A DNA stretch of 64,000 nucleotides from Moniliella sp. 'wahieum' (lineage: Eukaryota): positions 1 to 64,000 of the forward strand of contig RSEE01000125.1 in NCBI GenBank assembly GCA_003971905.1, written 5' to 3'. Of the stretch, positions 1 to 13,399 are shown one piece after another (the first letter of the stretch is position 1; each line of letters begins with the position of its first letter). Below the pieces are notes generated by a model. The model ran no database searches, was not told where the DNA came from, and worked only from the letters and a program-made list of their open reading frames with translations. The translations under genes were made by a program, and so were the position numbers.

Positions 1-2687
1 CCCCGCCCCCCCTCTGCGCCTTCTGCCTCGTCGCCGAGTTCGACATTGCCGCGGCGCCACCCTCGCCGCGCAGTACCCCCCCGCCCCTTGCTCGATGCCC
101 ACCAGCTCGCCGAGCTCATGCTCCCCGGCGCCCACATCCGCCACGAGGACTGGACCTACTCCTTCCTGCCCTCGCAGGAGGACTATGCGCGCGCCGCGTC
201 CCACGCCCAGGCGCAGCGCACCGCCAACCCCCCCTCCCCCGCTCTCTCTCCCGAGGAGGAGGCCGAGGCGGCGCTTATCCATCCCCCTCCTCCTCTCGAC
301 CCGGCGTTTGCCGGCGACGTGACCTACATGCTGACGTTGGTCAAAACCAACACGACCCCACGGCCCGCCGCGGTGCCCAGGTCAAGGCGATGAGCATCGG
401 CACGCGTCTGCCATTCTTGCAGGCCTTCAAGCCGCTCCTCCTGGTCGCTCTGGACCGCTACTTTGCCCAGCCGTCCGCGGACCAGCCCCAGGCCGTGTAC
501 GAGACAATCAACGCGCTCGACCTGCGCGGCATGCCTCTCCTGTCGCGTTCGGAGCGGTTGCTTCTGCGCAACCAGGACCGGCGCGACTTGTTCGAAGAAC
601 GCTTCGCTCGCCTTGCTGCCGATACAACCCGGCCCCAGCCGAGTGTGGAAATGATCATCTACCCCCCGCCGCCGGTGCCGAGGAGGAGGATTCGCCGCCG
701 GCGAACGAGAGCAAGCCTACGCTGTCTGGCAAGAAGACACGCGCTTCTTCCACACGTTTGCCCACCTTGGCCGCCTGCCCATCCCGCTCCATCTGCCCCT
801 CACCACGTTCCCCGAGGAAGTGGGCGAGTTTAGTCTGAGTGCGCTGTTCCAAACGTTTGCACTGCCGGTTGATAAGACGGTGCTTGGCCCGCTTCACCCG
901 CACCTGCACACCAACGGCCCCCTGACCCACCCGCTCACCATTCTCTTCAATGCGATCCGCACCAACAAGCGCGTGCTCTTCCTCAGCTACTGCTTTTCGG
1001 CTCTCGACGTTGCGTCGCATGTGCTGGCTGGTATGGCGCTGGCCTCGGGGTGTGGGGCGGTGTTTGAGGGATTGGTGGGCAAAACGTTTCCCTACATCAA
1101 CCTCAACCACTTGGACCTGCTCCTGGCCGCGCCCGAGGGCTATATTGCCGGCGTGACCAATCCGCGTTTTGTCGAGTTGGGACACTGGGATGTCCTGCTG
1201 GACCTCGACACACGCAAGGTCACCGTTGCCAAGCACATTTCCCCCTCCGCGGCCGAGGTGGTGAAGCAACATAGCCGTCGCTCCGGCAAAGGGGTTGGTG
1301 TCCAGCGGTCCGATTCGCTCAATCGCACCTCCACCCATCCTTACGGGAACGTGACCATCGCGAACACCGCGAACGTGGCCATGCGCATTCGGCCAGCCAG
1401 TCTACCTCCCACACTGTGCGCGAGGGAATCGCACCCCTGCTTGCTTCGAGCGGCAAGGATGGTCGTCACGGTCCTTGGACCGAAAGCCGGAGCGATTGCT
1501 TTGATACGGCGTTTATGGAGAGCGTATGTCCCACTCCGGCTCACCCTCAATGTGCACCACTGACCCTCCCTTCCCTGCCCTGCCCGCTATCCCCAGCTCG
1601 CCCGCGCGATCCAAGCGCATTGTGGAGAAGATTATGTGCGACAGCGGGTGGTGGAGTATGCGCAGTACTTTGCCCAGCGCGTGGCACGGCACGAGGTGTA
1701 CTTTACCGGCAGCACGGCACTGCAGGGGCTCGAGACGCGTGGCTACCACCAGGGGTTGCCCGGGGCAGGCATGCCGCCCAAGCCGCGGCTGGGCAAGGAG
1801 AAGGCTGACCCGCGCGATCCGGAGCTGATCCAGGCCAGTGCGAGCCTGGGCCCCGTCGACGTTGCCGATACGCACGCGTACGCCGTCTGCATCGAGTCGT
1901 TCCGCCAAACACGCGGCTATGTTCGCTTTGTCCAGCACCAGGCCAATCTGTACAACGCCAGTTCGCTCCCGTTTGATGTGCCGTACCAGCTGGCGCGTCT
2001 GCACGGCCGCGCACCGGAGCGGGAGATCGAAGCGATCTATGCCCACCTTGCTCTGCTGCGCTCGTCGCGCCAAGTGGTCGAGCTGCTGTCGCTGCTGCCT
2101 GCGTACGATGGCGGGCTGATGACGCTCGCGTGGGGCGCGCTGAGTCCGTCACCGCTGGTGCGCGGCTACGCGCTGGACCTCTTTAGCCGCATTGCGCTCC
2201 ACCCGGTTGGGGGCAAGCTGCTGCAGGGCGTGGACATGTTCACGCGTCTCGTGCTGGCCGAAGGCCTGACGGCGCAAGAGGAAACGGCGCCCATCCACCC
2301 CACCACCAGTCGAAGCAGTACGCACTCGGCGCGTATGCAGCGTCGCCGCACTCGGCGTCGTCCACGACGCTCAACGAGCTCAAAGGTCCTCCCTCGGCCT
2401 GGAGCAAGAAAAAGTCGCGCTCGAGCTTGACGGCGCGCATTGTACCTCGTTCCCGGCCCCGGCCACCCCCCCGGCCCAACGCCCCCGGGGGAAGAGAAGG
2501 AAACGACGAGCCGGTCGTGGCTGGGAAAAGGTCGGAAACTGTTCCAGCAGCGCCACTAGCCATTGGGTCTGGTGCCGTGCACACCCTTCAATCCATGCCT
2601 AGTATACCCGGAGCCGCCGCCGCACCATTGTGGCCGGAGATCCGCGCCGCCTGCGCCAGGCTGTGCGCACCGCCACGGCCGCCATAG
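1..2687 (+). CDS. Afi1/MesA-like polarity protein (Arf3-docking plus SPA-type domains); 5' end at the window edge; frameshifted in the assembly
   Basis: Stitched frames give FCLVAEFDI, LAELMLPGAHIRHEDWTYSFL, FLQAFKPLLLVALDRYF, LHPHLHTNGPLTHPLTILFNAIRTNKRVLFL and GYIAGVTNPRF..WDVLLDLDT, recognised as Afi1/MesA family motifs. Intron GTATGT(1524)..CTGAC..CAG(1596). 3' end uncertain (2430-2690). Confidence 0.8.
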
Positions 2688-5600
2688 GGCACAAGTGTCA
2701 GGTCCTATGTCATAGACACTGCAGCAGTAATGAGAGCTACTACACCTCCTTCCCAGTCCCCTCTGCCACATGGAATTCCACTCTGCCGCGCGCGAAGTTA
2801 GAGCCGAGTGCCCCGTCGGGACCACAAACGCCACGAGAGACTAGCAATGCTTACTCCCCGTCGCCATGCATTAACAGCGCTCATGATGCCTATATAAGTG
2901 CTAGCCTAGTTTGCGAGCATCGCGGTCCCCACCCGGATGGCCAGAGTGCGCTCTTGACGAATGGACCGATGGAGACGCAACCTAGTACTCACTGAGTACG
3001 GTCGACAGGGCCAGACTCAGGCAGCACCGTGGCCTGAGCAAAAGGCGGTGGAGGGCGATGCGGTTTGGGGCGACACAGCAAAGCCCGCCAGGCTGGCCGA
3101 GTGGATCGCGGTGGCGCCCACGGATGGGCGCTGCACGAAGCACCCACCAGGCGCCACACGACCCTCTGGAAAGACCAGTAACTCAGCGCTTCGCCAAGTC
3201 GAGCGAAATAGAGAGAAAACGGGCGGGGGACGAGACATGGTGAGAACATCATGGCTCATGCGTGAGATCTGAGAACAAGAGAGCGAAATGGCGCGTGCGT
3301 GGCTTGGGTATTAGCGCTAACTTAGCGCTTAGCTGTGCCGTAGATCACGCGCACGCATCACACACCACGTGGCATCAGAACCGTGGGGCACAGCCGCCCT
3401 GCTCTTCTCGGACCGATGATCGGACATTGATCGGACATTGATCGACGGAGAATATAGAATCTGAGATGGACCTCGCGTGTCACATGTCACATCGGACATT
3501 TGTGAAAGGCTTCTTAGACCATCAATCAGCGATCCCCGATCAGCGACCAGCACCCAGCGACCATGCATCTATCAGCGCACAAGCCACCACCATAGCCCAC
3601 CCATCAAGGAAGCACGTCCCCCTCAAAGTATATATGCCACCCGCATCCCCGAGAGTGCGTTTTGGTGTGGCTTGTCGACGGCAGCGATGCGCGATTCGAG
3701 GAGTTGGTACGTGGAGTTGGTGGTGCATGTCGGATCCTTTGATAGACCCCGCAGTACGCGTTGGTGCATGTCATCAATTCGCCCTGGCCCTCCCACCCGC
3801 TCTTCTTCCTCTCTGCCATCCGCTTCGTCTCTTTTGGCTCATTACTTTTCATCATCCATCTTCACATCTACCTCCGCATCCACCCCCCTGCCCCCATCTA
3901 CCCACGCCAACACTGATGCCGGGCACATGCCCTATTTAGTACCCCTCATCATCGACCTCATCCGTCATCATGTTGTTAGTTGACTCAAGTCATCTCTCCG
4001 ATTCGGCCCGACCTGTCGTCCCAGGTCAAGGTCCCTGGGCCGGTCTGTCTCCCCATATGCAGCCCTCCTTCAAGCAAATGGAAGACCAGATCTGTCTGGG
4101 CAGCATCAGCCGATGGGGGATCAATCTGTTTTCGTTTTGTCTTTCACTACTGTCTGCCTTGGTCGTGCAATGGCGCACTGCACTCCACCTTGTTTGACCT
4201 TGTCTTCGCAGCAGTGCTATGTCAAGTAATTTGAGCCCTTCGGTGCCTGTTAGTTGTCGCTCGCACTCTTTTTCTCGCCTTGGGGTTGTGGGGGTTTTCC
4301 TTCTTGTCTTGTGGATCCTCTTCTCTCCTTACTATACGTCCAACAGTAGAACAAACGTCGTTTCGTCCTCCTCCTCCTGTCGCCGCATCACGTTGTATTG
4401 AGTAGCGGAGTCTACTATGCAAGGCAAAAGAGGGTGGGTGTGAATAGCATTGTACCCGCAAGGGGTCATTCTACTTCTATGCAAAATAGGGAAGAGAAGA
4501 AAGTAACCCGAACAAAAAAAAAGTGTAGATTGATCGTTCTATCCTGCGCCCATGCCGATGGGCTTGCAAGGTAAGTTCCAGTGCGGCAGATTGAGTGATT
4601 TGAAGTGGATCGGAATCAGCGTTACGAACCGTCAATGCTACATGGATACAGGACACGGTAACCATTTTCGCCGTCAGCACCTCCTTCCCCCGTTCTTTGG
4701 GCCTCCACCACCTTCAGTCAAGTTTCACCACTCTAGTATGGGGTTCGCTCTGTGATTGGTGGTATCTTGCCGGCCCACAGCCCCGATCGTCACCACGGGG
4801 CAGGGGCGTGGTTATGTCCAACGCATGTATCTTTATCAGCTCATGTAGTATTAATATCGTGATGGTCTCGTGGCTTCTCGATATTACACACAAGATGTGT
4901 GGGTTCAAGATTGCCCAGTAGTACACGCTTGTGCCCAAGACAGCCCGCCCAGTTTGGAGCGTTGTGGGTGCTGCCTCTGCGTGCGATCGTAGTTAGCATG
5001 GTGATTTGCCTGCGCTGCTCACAACAGTTCCCGATTCGTCGTTTATGCTTGGACACGCTCGGGGGGAGCTGAGCTATGCAATCGGTCAAAAAGGCTGGTG
5101 TTTAGCAGCAAGAACGTGCACCAGGGCATTTCTGCCTGGAGCCCCACTCAACACCATATGTCGAAGAGGTGGATGAGCCGCTGGCCCATTATTAGACGTT
5201 CACGCCGAAGAGGCTTAAGAGGATCTTGGGACCTACCACATGCCTGCGGTGGTGGCGAGCGATTTGCATACGTTCGCTATGACTATATTAGTCTGGGGTG
5301 CCCTCCCCCGCCCAAGCAGTAACAGAAGATACGAAGGAGGATGACATCTACGTCCCGGTATCCCCCTTGCGTCCTCTCCCCCTTTCCTGCGTCACCACAC
5401 GAACCTCAGGTAGTTGTTATACCGACCATCGACGATGGCCCCACGATCAACAAGTATGTCTGTTGCCGTTGCCCCGAGTGTATTACCCCTCAGGGCGTGG
5501 ATTCTTTTTCCCAGTAAAGAGGTTTGTAATGTATCCGGCCACACTAGGTCCCATACTTATAGCTGCTGGTCCTGTGCGTCCTTCTTCTGGTCCTGGGGGG

Positions 5601-6680
5601 ATTCAGGGGCGTATTAAAAAGAGAGACGATTGACCATTGACCTTCCTTATGTGTTTCCCCAGAGTCAGCGTTTCTTTGGTGATGTAGTGTCTTATAGGGA
5701 GGGTTGACATGTGGTCGGCCAAAGTCCAGGTGATTGGGCTCGAGAGAGTGGGGGTTGGGCGGGACGTGGCGGTGAAGGAAGGGATAAATGAAGAGGCACA
5801 GCAGAGAGTGGCTATATCGTCGTACCACAGCCCACACGTTCTACACCCTGATAGGTTGTTTACTTGTAGAGCTTACTTTTCTCCATCAATACTTAGGTCG
5901 GACTTACTTAGAGCCCATAGTGGCCTCGAAAGTGGAAGGGGGAGGGAGGATTCATCTCGCATATAGGTACAGAATGGACCGAGAGAGCTATGTGTCACAC
6001 TGTTGGGGCCGATTAGAGTTACTGCAAATGTACCACTACCACGAGCGAGTCGCGCCGGAGAGGATCAACTGCCAGCCGTCAGCCCATGCTCCCCTCCGCG
6101 AGAGAGGGTACTACCCACTGAAGTTCGGCCCAGTGTCTTTAGTTGCAAAGCCCTAAGGCCTAACGTCTGATGGGCGGCACCTTCACTTGTTCCCACCTCT
6201 CAACATCACACACTTGGGTGCCAGCGCCGCTAATCTAGCAGCTGAGGTGAGCCTAAGGACCAGCCGGAACCTGTATGCAGTGGGGAACAACAGTAGAACG
6301 GCCGCATCCGTCCGACTATAGCGGTGCAAGCGCCCCACCGACCGGACCGCACCTCTCTCCGCATAGACCGGGCAGATAGTCTTCATTGCACCTATATCCC
6401 TCTTACACTATGAGGCGGGCGAGAGGAGGAAAGACTGCGCAGCCAGATTCGAGAAGTAGCTTCCACTTGACACAGCGGATGACGTCGAACCAAGTGAGGC
6501 ACCTTCCACCGGCACCGACACCATGCCTGATGAGGCCTGCCCCTTTTCCCATGTCACCCTGTCCTACCCCCCCTGTGTTGCGGACCAGTTGATCCAACCT
6601 CACCCCACAGTCTGCAGAGCCCGAAGAAGAGCCCGTATGGGGGTAAATGCAGTATATTTGAGTTGGGGCCAATCCAGAGC

Positions 6681-6999
6681 TTAGCGCAGACGCCTGGGAA
6701 AAGGACGGGGAGTCGCCGGTCAGTTGAGCTCGGCCAAGACAAGCACAAGCACAGCACAAGAGCAAGGGCAAGGGCAAGAGCAAGCGGGGAAGAGCCACGT
6801 ACCGCGCCTCGCGCTCCGACTCGAGCAGCGCCAGGATGTCATCCACCTTGACGGGGCCCTTGACGTTCCGGATGATGGAGCGGGTCGAGTCGTCCATGAA
6901 CTCGACGCGGACCTGGATCACGCCACCGCGCGAGCCAGTGCGGCCGAGGACCTTGGTCACCTTGGCGAGCTTGACAGGTTGCTTCGAGACGGCCTCCAT
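6681..6999 (-). CDS. RPS28: 40S ribosomal protein S28 (eS28), two exons
   Basis: [66 protein letters not shown]. Removing the minus-strand intron 6802-6694 (GTACGT...ACTGAC...CAG) restores the canonical RRLR* ending. Confidence 0.97.
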
Positions 7000-7053
7000 C
7001 GTTGGTGGGAGCCAGCTCGGCGGGCGCGGGGCTGCGGCCAGGACAGCCGAGGG

Positions 7054-7185
7054 AGCAGTAGGGTTGCCGTTCCTCGTTGGCTGCTTGCCCCGGTGGGCCC
7101 AGTGCGCCAGAGGGTGAGTGTGGGCGCAATTTATTTCCCTCGGCTGCATCCTACGCGGGCAGGGCAGACGGCCAGCAGTAGGGTT
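7054..7185. promoter_or_regulatory. Bidirectional RPS28/RPS5 promoter with two copies of AGCAGTAGGGTT
   Basis: Identical 12-mers at 7054-7065 and 7174-7185, between divergent start codons at 6999 and 7357. TAGGGTT is a telobox-like core; function is inferred. Confidence 0.5.
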
Positions 7186-7356
7186 TCACCGTGTGCGCCG
7201 CGCCACCGCGGCAGGTGAGACGCTAGCCAAGCCGGTCCGGCGCTCCTGCCCTGTCCTGCCCCACCCACCCCATCCCTCCTCCCCCTCCTCTTTCTCTTGG
7301 TGCGTATTTCCCCTGCCAACTGCCGCAAGTGGGCCGGACTAACCAGCGCAGAGCAG

Positions 7357-7977
7357 ATGGCAACTGTGCAGACGATTCCCAAGGAGGCCGCCGCGGTGGC
7401 TGCGCCCAAGGGGGCGGTGCTGCTGTTTGGCAAGTACGATGTGCAGGAAGTGGAGGTGAAAGACTTGTCGCTGCAGGACTACATTGCGCTGCGGAACGCG
7501 GTCTATGTCCCGCACACGGCCGGGCGGTACGCGTCCAAGGCGTTCAAGAAGGCGTCGATGCCGATTGTAGAGCGGCTGGTGGATGCACTGATGATGAATG
7601 GGAGGAACAATGGCAAGAAGATCATGGCCGTTCGCATTGTGGCGCACGCGTTTGAGATCATCTCGCTCTTGACGGACCAGAACCCGATCCAAGTGTTGGT
7701 GGATGCGGTGATCAACACGGGGCCCAGGGAAGACTCGACGCGGATCGGGTCGGGGGGTACAGTGCGGCGGCAAGCGGTGGACGTGTCGCCGCTGCGGAGG
7801 GTCAACCAAGCCATCTCGCTCTTGACCATTGGCACACGCGAATCCGCGTTCCGCAATGTCAAATCCATCTCGGAATGCCTGGCCGATGAGCTGATCAACG
7901 CCGCCAAGGGCTCCTCCAACTCGTACGCCATCAAGAAGAAGGACGAGCTGGAGCGGGTGGCCAAGAGCAACCGGTGA
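7357..7977 (+). CDS. RPS5: 40S ribosomal protein S5 (uS7)
   Basis: [66 protein letters not shown] and a [14 protein letters not shown] end. Probable 5'UTR intron GTGAGA(7215)..ACTAAC..CAG ends just before the ATG. Confidence 0.97.
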   Translation: MATVQTIPKEAAAVAAPKGAVLLFGKYDVQEVEVKDLSLQDYIALRNAVYVPHTAGRYASKAFKKASMPIVERLVDALMMNGRNNGKKIMAVRIVAHAFEIISLLTDQNPIQVLVDAVINTGPREDSTRIGSGGTVRRQAVDVSPLRRVNQAISLLTIGTRESAFRNVKSISECLADELINAAKGSSNSYAIKKKDELERVAKSNR

Positions 7978-9534
7978 TCCGCCTCTCGTTCTGTCTTTGT
8001 TCCTTCTCGTATTGCATGCATTCAATCAGTGGGCGGGCGATATAGGTCAGCAGTGAGCGAGGAGCGGAGCGGAGCGCTCAGGCTGAGCGTTAACTGGTTC
8101 CCGTAATGTAGGAGGTGACAGGCGAACTGGCTGGTACGCGGATGTGATGGAGAGACGCAGCTGTAACCTGTCACTGGTGGTGGGCCCCCAGTGGCACGCT
8201 CTGCACGAGAGGTCCAAGCCCTACCGCGCGAAGACCAAGCGGTGGACGGCACATGGGGGCGGTGTTGGCCCGCGCGAGGGGATGGAAGGGGGATGGTGGA
8301 TGGCAGATGGCGTGGAGGGGCTAGTTGATGGCAACCTGCCATGCCACGCTGGCGTTGTTGCATTGGTGTTGGTGTCGAACCGCGGGTAACCCTACCGCGT
8401 CGGGGGCTAGGGCTAGCCTGCTCGTGCCCAGTGTGCCAGTCTGGCATAGGGGCGGACCGCTGGAGGGAACAAGATCCACGAGCCAGCTGGGATGGAATTG
8501 GCTGGATGGTGCATGACGCGTGACGCACGACGCATGATGCATGCCGTATGACGCGATGTGACGCGTGGCACGCGACAGGCGCCGGTGGGCCGGGTGGAGC
8601 GCACGGGGGCAGCCACGCCGCAGCCGGGCGGGCAGAACGGCCAGGGGTGTCACCGGCTGGTCACCGGTCCCCTGCCCGCGAACCATGCGCGGACTGACTG
8701 GTGTGGTGCTGCGCCCCGATTCACGCTGCCTCGGCGGCGGCGTGGGCAGGGGGTGCGCCTGTGCGCGCGGCGGCGGCCGATACTGCCCCCGGGCGACCTG
8801 TGATTATGCAGCGCGGCGCCTGTGTCGCGTGCCCGGGAGCGGGCCCAGCAAATTTGCGACGCACTGCGGGCCAGTGCTGGGGTGCAGGGACGCGTGGCCA
8901 CGGGCGGCAGGGGGAGCAGCGACGCCCCGGCACAGGCGCCGTGCGGGCCAGTGGGTGGGCGCCGGGCTGGCTCCTGTTTGCCACGGCCGCCCCAGCTGAA
9001 CGCCGCCGCCCACCCCCACCATCTCGGCTGTCCGTGCTGCTGTCCGCATCGCTGTGGCCCTTCTCTCCCCGCCCCCCCCCCGTGCTCCCCAGCAGGTACG
9101 TCTGCCCCCCTCGCCCCCGTGTCCCCTGCCGCTGCCGCGGCTGCCATGGCCATGCCTTGGCCACAGCCGCTGCCCCTCCTTCCTCCATCCTGGCCGTCGA
9201 CGTGCATGCCGTCCCGCGCCCCTGCGGTGCTCCCGGCGGCGTCGGTACCCTCCTGGCCATGCGCCTGCCTTCTCCGCCATGCCCTCGTCTTTTTGCTTTG
9301 CGCTGCGCTGGATACGAGCTCGCCGCGCCCGACGGAGGATAGAGACCTGTTGATCGCTGTGGCAGTGCTGTGGCAAATGTTCTGCAGCGCCAACCGCGGT
9401 GGCACCCGCAATGACCTCCGCCTTTCGGGGTCGTGCATGCTTGGATAGCTTCCTCTCTTACTGATCCTTTCCCCTTCGTTTGCAGTTACATCCGACCCTC
9501 CCTTCCCTGGTGCGTGTGAGCACATTTGAGCAAG

Positions 9535-10560
9535 ATGGATCTTCGTGTAGGAGGCAAGTTCCGCATCGGCAAGAAGATTGGTTCGGGCTCGTTTGGTGAC
9601 ATCTACCTCGGCATCAACATCATTTCCGGTGAGGAGGTGGCCATCAAGCTCGAGTCGATCAAGGCCAGGCACCCGCAGCTGGAGTACGAGGCGAAGGTGT
9701 ACAAGTCCTTGGCTGGCGGCGTGGGTGTGTCGTTTGTGCGCTGGTTTGGCCAAGAGTGCGACTACAATGCTATGGTCATCGATCTGCTGGGCCCATCCCT
9801 GGAAGATCTGTTTAACTTCTGCCACCGCAAATTCAGCCTCAAGACTGTCCTTCTCCTCGCCGACCAAATGATCTCGCGCATCGAGTACATCCACTCGCGC
9901 CACTTTATTCACCGTGACATTAAGCCCGACAACTTCCTCATGGGTATTGGCAAGCGCGGGAACCAGGTCAACATTATCGACTTCGGTCTGGCCAAGAAAT
10001 ACCGTGACCCCAAGTCCCACCTCCACATCCCTTACCGTGAGAACAAGAACCTCACGGGTACCGCCCGTTACACCTCGATCAACACCCATCTTGGTGTCGA
10101 GCAGTCCCGCCGGGATGACCTCGAGTCGCTCGGGTATGTCCTGATGTACTTCCTCCGCGGCAGCCTTCCGTGGCAGGGACTCAAGGCGGCAACCAAGAAG
10201 CAGAAGTACGACCGGATCATGGAGAAGAAAATGACCACCCCCACGGAACTTCTTTGCCGTGGCTTCCCCTCGGAGACGGCAGTGTACCTCAACTACTGCC
10301 GCTCGCTTCGCTTTGACGACAAGCCCGACTACAGCTATCTCCGCAAACTGTTCCGTGACCTGTTTGTGCGGGAGGAGTACCAGTACGACTATGTGTTTGA
10401 CTGGTCCATTCAACAGCAGCGCAGCAAGGACGACCGTCGCGCTGCCCCGCGCGCCGACCCTGCTGCCCCGCTCCCTCGCCGCCGTCCGCTGATGGACGAG
10501 GCTGCGCATGCGTCGCGCCGCCCGGAGAATGGCCCTTTTGACCGCCCCGAGTACCTGTGA
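9535..10560 (+). CDS. HRR25: Casein kinase I (Hrr25/Hhp1, CK1 delta/epsilon type), intronless CDS
   Basis: [67 protein letters not shown] and LPWQGLKA in one intact ORF. Probable 5'UTR intron 9096(GTACGT)-9485(CAG). Confidence 0.95.
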   Translation: MDLRVGGKFRIGKKIGSGSFGDIYLGINIISGEEVAIKLESIKARHPQLEYEAKVYKSLAGGVGVSFVRWFGQECDYNAMVIDLLGPSLEDLFNFCHRKFSLKTVLLLADQMISRIEYIHSRHFIHRDIKPDNFLMGIGKRGNQVNIIDFGLAKKYRDPKSHLHIPYRENKNLTGTARYTSINTHLGVEQSRRDDLESLGYVLMYFLRGSLPWQGLKAATKKQKYDRIMEKKMTTPTELLCRGFPSETAVYLNYCRSLRFDDKPDYSYLRKLFRDLFVREEYQYDYVFDWSIQQQRSKDDRRAAPRADPAAPLPRRRPLMDEAAHASRRPENGPFDRPEYL

Positions 10561-11370
10561 ACACGTGAAACCCCATAACCCCCCAACCCTTCTTAACCCC
10601 CTGTTGAGTGGCGATCTTGTCGCCTTTAGTTCATCCGGGCCATTTTCTGTCCATGTTTGACTCTTGAGGCGGCGATCCCACTCTCGCGCCCCGATCCCCT
10701 GACGCCCCCTTGATATGGCCGGAGCCCCCACTGCCAGCAGGTTGGGCGAACTTGATTCCCCACTGCCTCAAGACTGTTTTGCAAGCCGGGAGAGGAAGGG
10801 GGCGTTGGCATAGGACGCGGATGGGCTTCCTTGCCTCTGTCTCCCTGCCTTTTCCACTCCACGCTACTGTTCCAACTTGGTATTTGCCGCGTTCGTTCGT
10901 TCCTAGGGCCCGGGGACGGCAATGTATGTTTTTCGTTTGACATGAACGTGATTGGTAGACGGCATGTAAGCTTGTATTTGTAGTTTAGAGGTGCGTACAG
11001 TACAAGCGTTTGGCTTGGCTGCCGATGGATGTTGTTCGTCTCGGCCTCGGTAGGCGACATAGATTGTCGCGGGTGTAAGCGCCCTGGAAAAGCCCAAGCT
11101 CAAAAGCCCCCAACATGGAGAAGGACAGGCATGTACGGATGCATGCAGCGCAGCACACGGCAAGCGCACGGTTTAACCCCTAACATGTGAGGGAGAAGCG
11201 GATCAAGGAAGACGAAAGAGAACAGTCTGCTGGCCAAGGCGATGGATGACTCAGGCGGACCTGGGGTGGTCCAGAACGCTGTCTACGAACTGCCGTCGAA
11301 CGCGTCAACAACAGCAAACTAGGGGAAGGGGGAAAGTGAGAGCGTGGGGGTGGGGGACGGACACCAAAAA

Positions 11371-11469
11371 TGACTTCGCCGGGCTCGAACCGGGGACCTT
11401 ATCCGTTAACGCACGCTGCTAGGAGCGTCGTGTTAAGGATACGTGATAAACCAACTACACCACGATGCC
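11371..11469 (-). tRNA. tRNA-Val(AAC) with 25-nt intron
   Basis: Reverse complement GGCATCGTGGTGTAGTTGGTTTATCACG-TATCC-TT-AAC-A-[CGACGCTCCTAGCAGCGTGCGTTAA]-C-GGATA-AGGTCCCCGGTTCGAGCCCGGCGAAGTCA, followed by TTTTT. One acceptor-stem mismatch and a short T-stem may be sequencing errors. Confidence 0.9.
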
Positions 11470-13399
11470 ATTGGGTCGACTGTTGGGTTGAATATCTCCC
11501 GTGGCGCGTAGCGTGTTCACGGACCTACCAGTCAGAATCAGGACAGAGCAAGTGCCCCTCGACGTACGCTTTGCTGGCCAAGTACCCGGTAGACGTACAC
11601 CAGGCAAGTGTACCAGTGCATGGTGCGGCTGAGGAACGCACGTATACACTTGGCGCCTCCTCGCTGTTGCACGTGCCGTCTGTCGGCGTAGGCATACTCA
11701 GCAGTCACTGATTCAGAAATGTTTTCTACGACGTGCTGCCCCTGGTTTGTGGGATCCAGCGTCGACCTCGTTCTCGCGCTGCTGTGAGACTAATCAGCCT
11801 GTATCCCAGCAAGGCTGTGGAAGATTTTATCCCTTACCAACCCCCCATCTTGGTGATGGCGGTGATGCTTGATGAGCCCCAGAGAAGGGGCTCTCGATGC
11901 CGCTTGGTTCCTTCTCCTTCTGTTGTCCTCCACATCCTCTAGGCATTCTGGGTGCACGCAACATCATTTTCACTTGCCTCTTCCTCATTCATCTCGTCAC
12001 CGTGTGTGTCAGGTTGTGACGACCACCGGCGGTCGAGTAGCGGTCTCTGGAAGAGAGGGGATTCCACCCTGTTACCCCGCTATCGCGGAAGGAGGGTCGG
12101 CATATATTCTCAGGTGGGGCTTTATCAGCATGTCCGCCCAGAGAATCCTGTGTCGGGGTTCAAGTGCAGTATATCGCACCTTTGCACTTCGAGAGTCGAG
12201 CGAGAGCGAATCGGGAGCGCAGATTAATGAAGCTAGGAATTCAAGCGCACCCACAGCGATGCGAGCGCCGATTGCACCGCTTCGAAACAGACATCAATGA
12301 AGATTCTATGGTACGTCTGGTTTGCCAATGGAGAACAAAAGGAAGTATATGGTCAGGGTGCGGTCTATATCGCGTCGGGGCACGCACGGTTCTACCTTCC
12401 AGGCCCACATATACCCTAAGCCCGACCTCACCTTTTTTCGCCCGAACACAGAGCACAACCGAGAGGTTTCGGCCCCATCGTGCTCCAACTATTATTTTCC
12501 GCTCCGCCCCCTGTGAGGCCTGATGCTACTATTACCATGAGCAAAGGCTTTTCCGGTATGGCATCTCATCCTCTGGCGTTGCCGAGAAAGTAGTTATCTT
12601 CCCCCTATATAAAATCACAGTAAAGGACTTTCAGCGTCGAGCCCCGTCGGGAATAGGATGGGGATTAGCGCTTAACAGCCCGGCTCCACCCCCACACATA
12701 TGAAGCGCATTTTAAGCATGGAATTTTCCTATGTTACTCCTTTCTTCTCATCCATCAACACCTAGACGCATGCATGCAGGACGCCTCTTCTCCCAACCGT
12801 GCAGCTTTTTGACTCGAATTGGTGGCAGCCATGTCTTCCAACAGTAAGGAACACATTATAGCCATATGAAGTCCACGGCGTTCCAAAAACAATTTTTTGT
12901 ATATGTAGTAGTGTGCTCCATTCTCGTCTCGAAGACGGCCGAATTCGTCCAAGATAGCCCATTGAGCAAAGTCCTATCAAATGACTAGAGATGCACAGTA
13001 TGGGGAATGGAGAGTGCTACAGCAAAAGCGTCGTAATCCTTTGAGGGCAGGCGGAGAGGAAGGAGAGGCGCGAGTGAAAAGGGGCAGATTGTGGTTATCT
13101 ACCTCTTTACACTAGTGAATTGGGAGTTACTAGCACTGACGCTCCCAGATTCGCAATGGCCCAAATACCATGGGAGGACAAAAAAGTCGGTACCACCAGC
13201 GTAGCACCCTCCACTAATATACTGACGCCTAAACCGACCCGTTCACCTTGCGTGTCTTGCTTGGTACGCCATACTATGCTCGGATGCATATATACGACCG
13301 CTACTGTATGATCGAAAGTCGCTCATTCCAAGTGTTTGGTGCATGTGTCTGTCATCTAGTAGTATGGAAAGAAGGCAAACCCAGTCACAAATGCATTAC

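Noticed and set aside
3830..6400. Small genes or pheromone/peptide precursors (e.g. ORF 3970-4197)
   Set aside because: No recognisable motif, CAAX ending or repeat-core structure; cannot be supported without expression data.
8650..10731. 693-aa antisense ORF over CK1, and similar long antisense ORFs (48892-50154, 54857-56446)
   Set aside because: These are shadow ORFs caused by GC-rich codon bias on the coding strand, with no recognisable domains.
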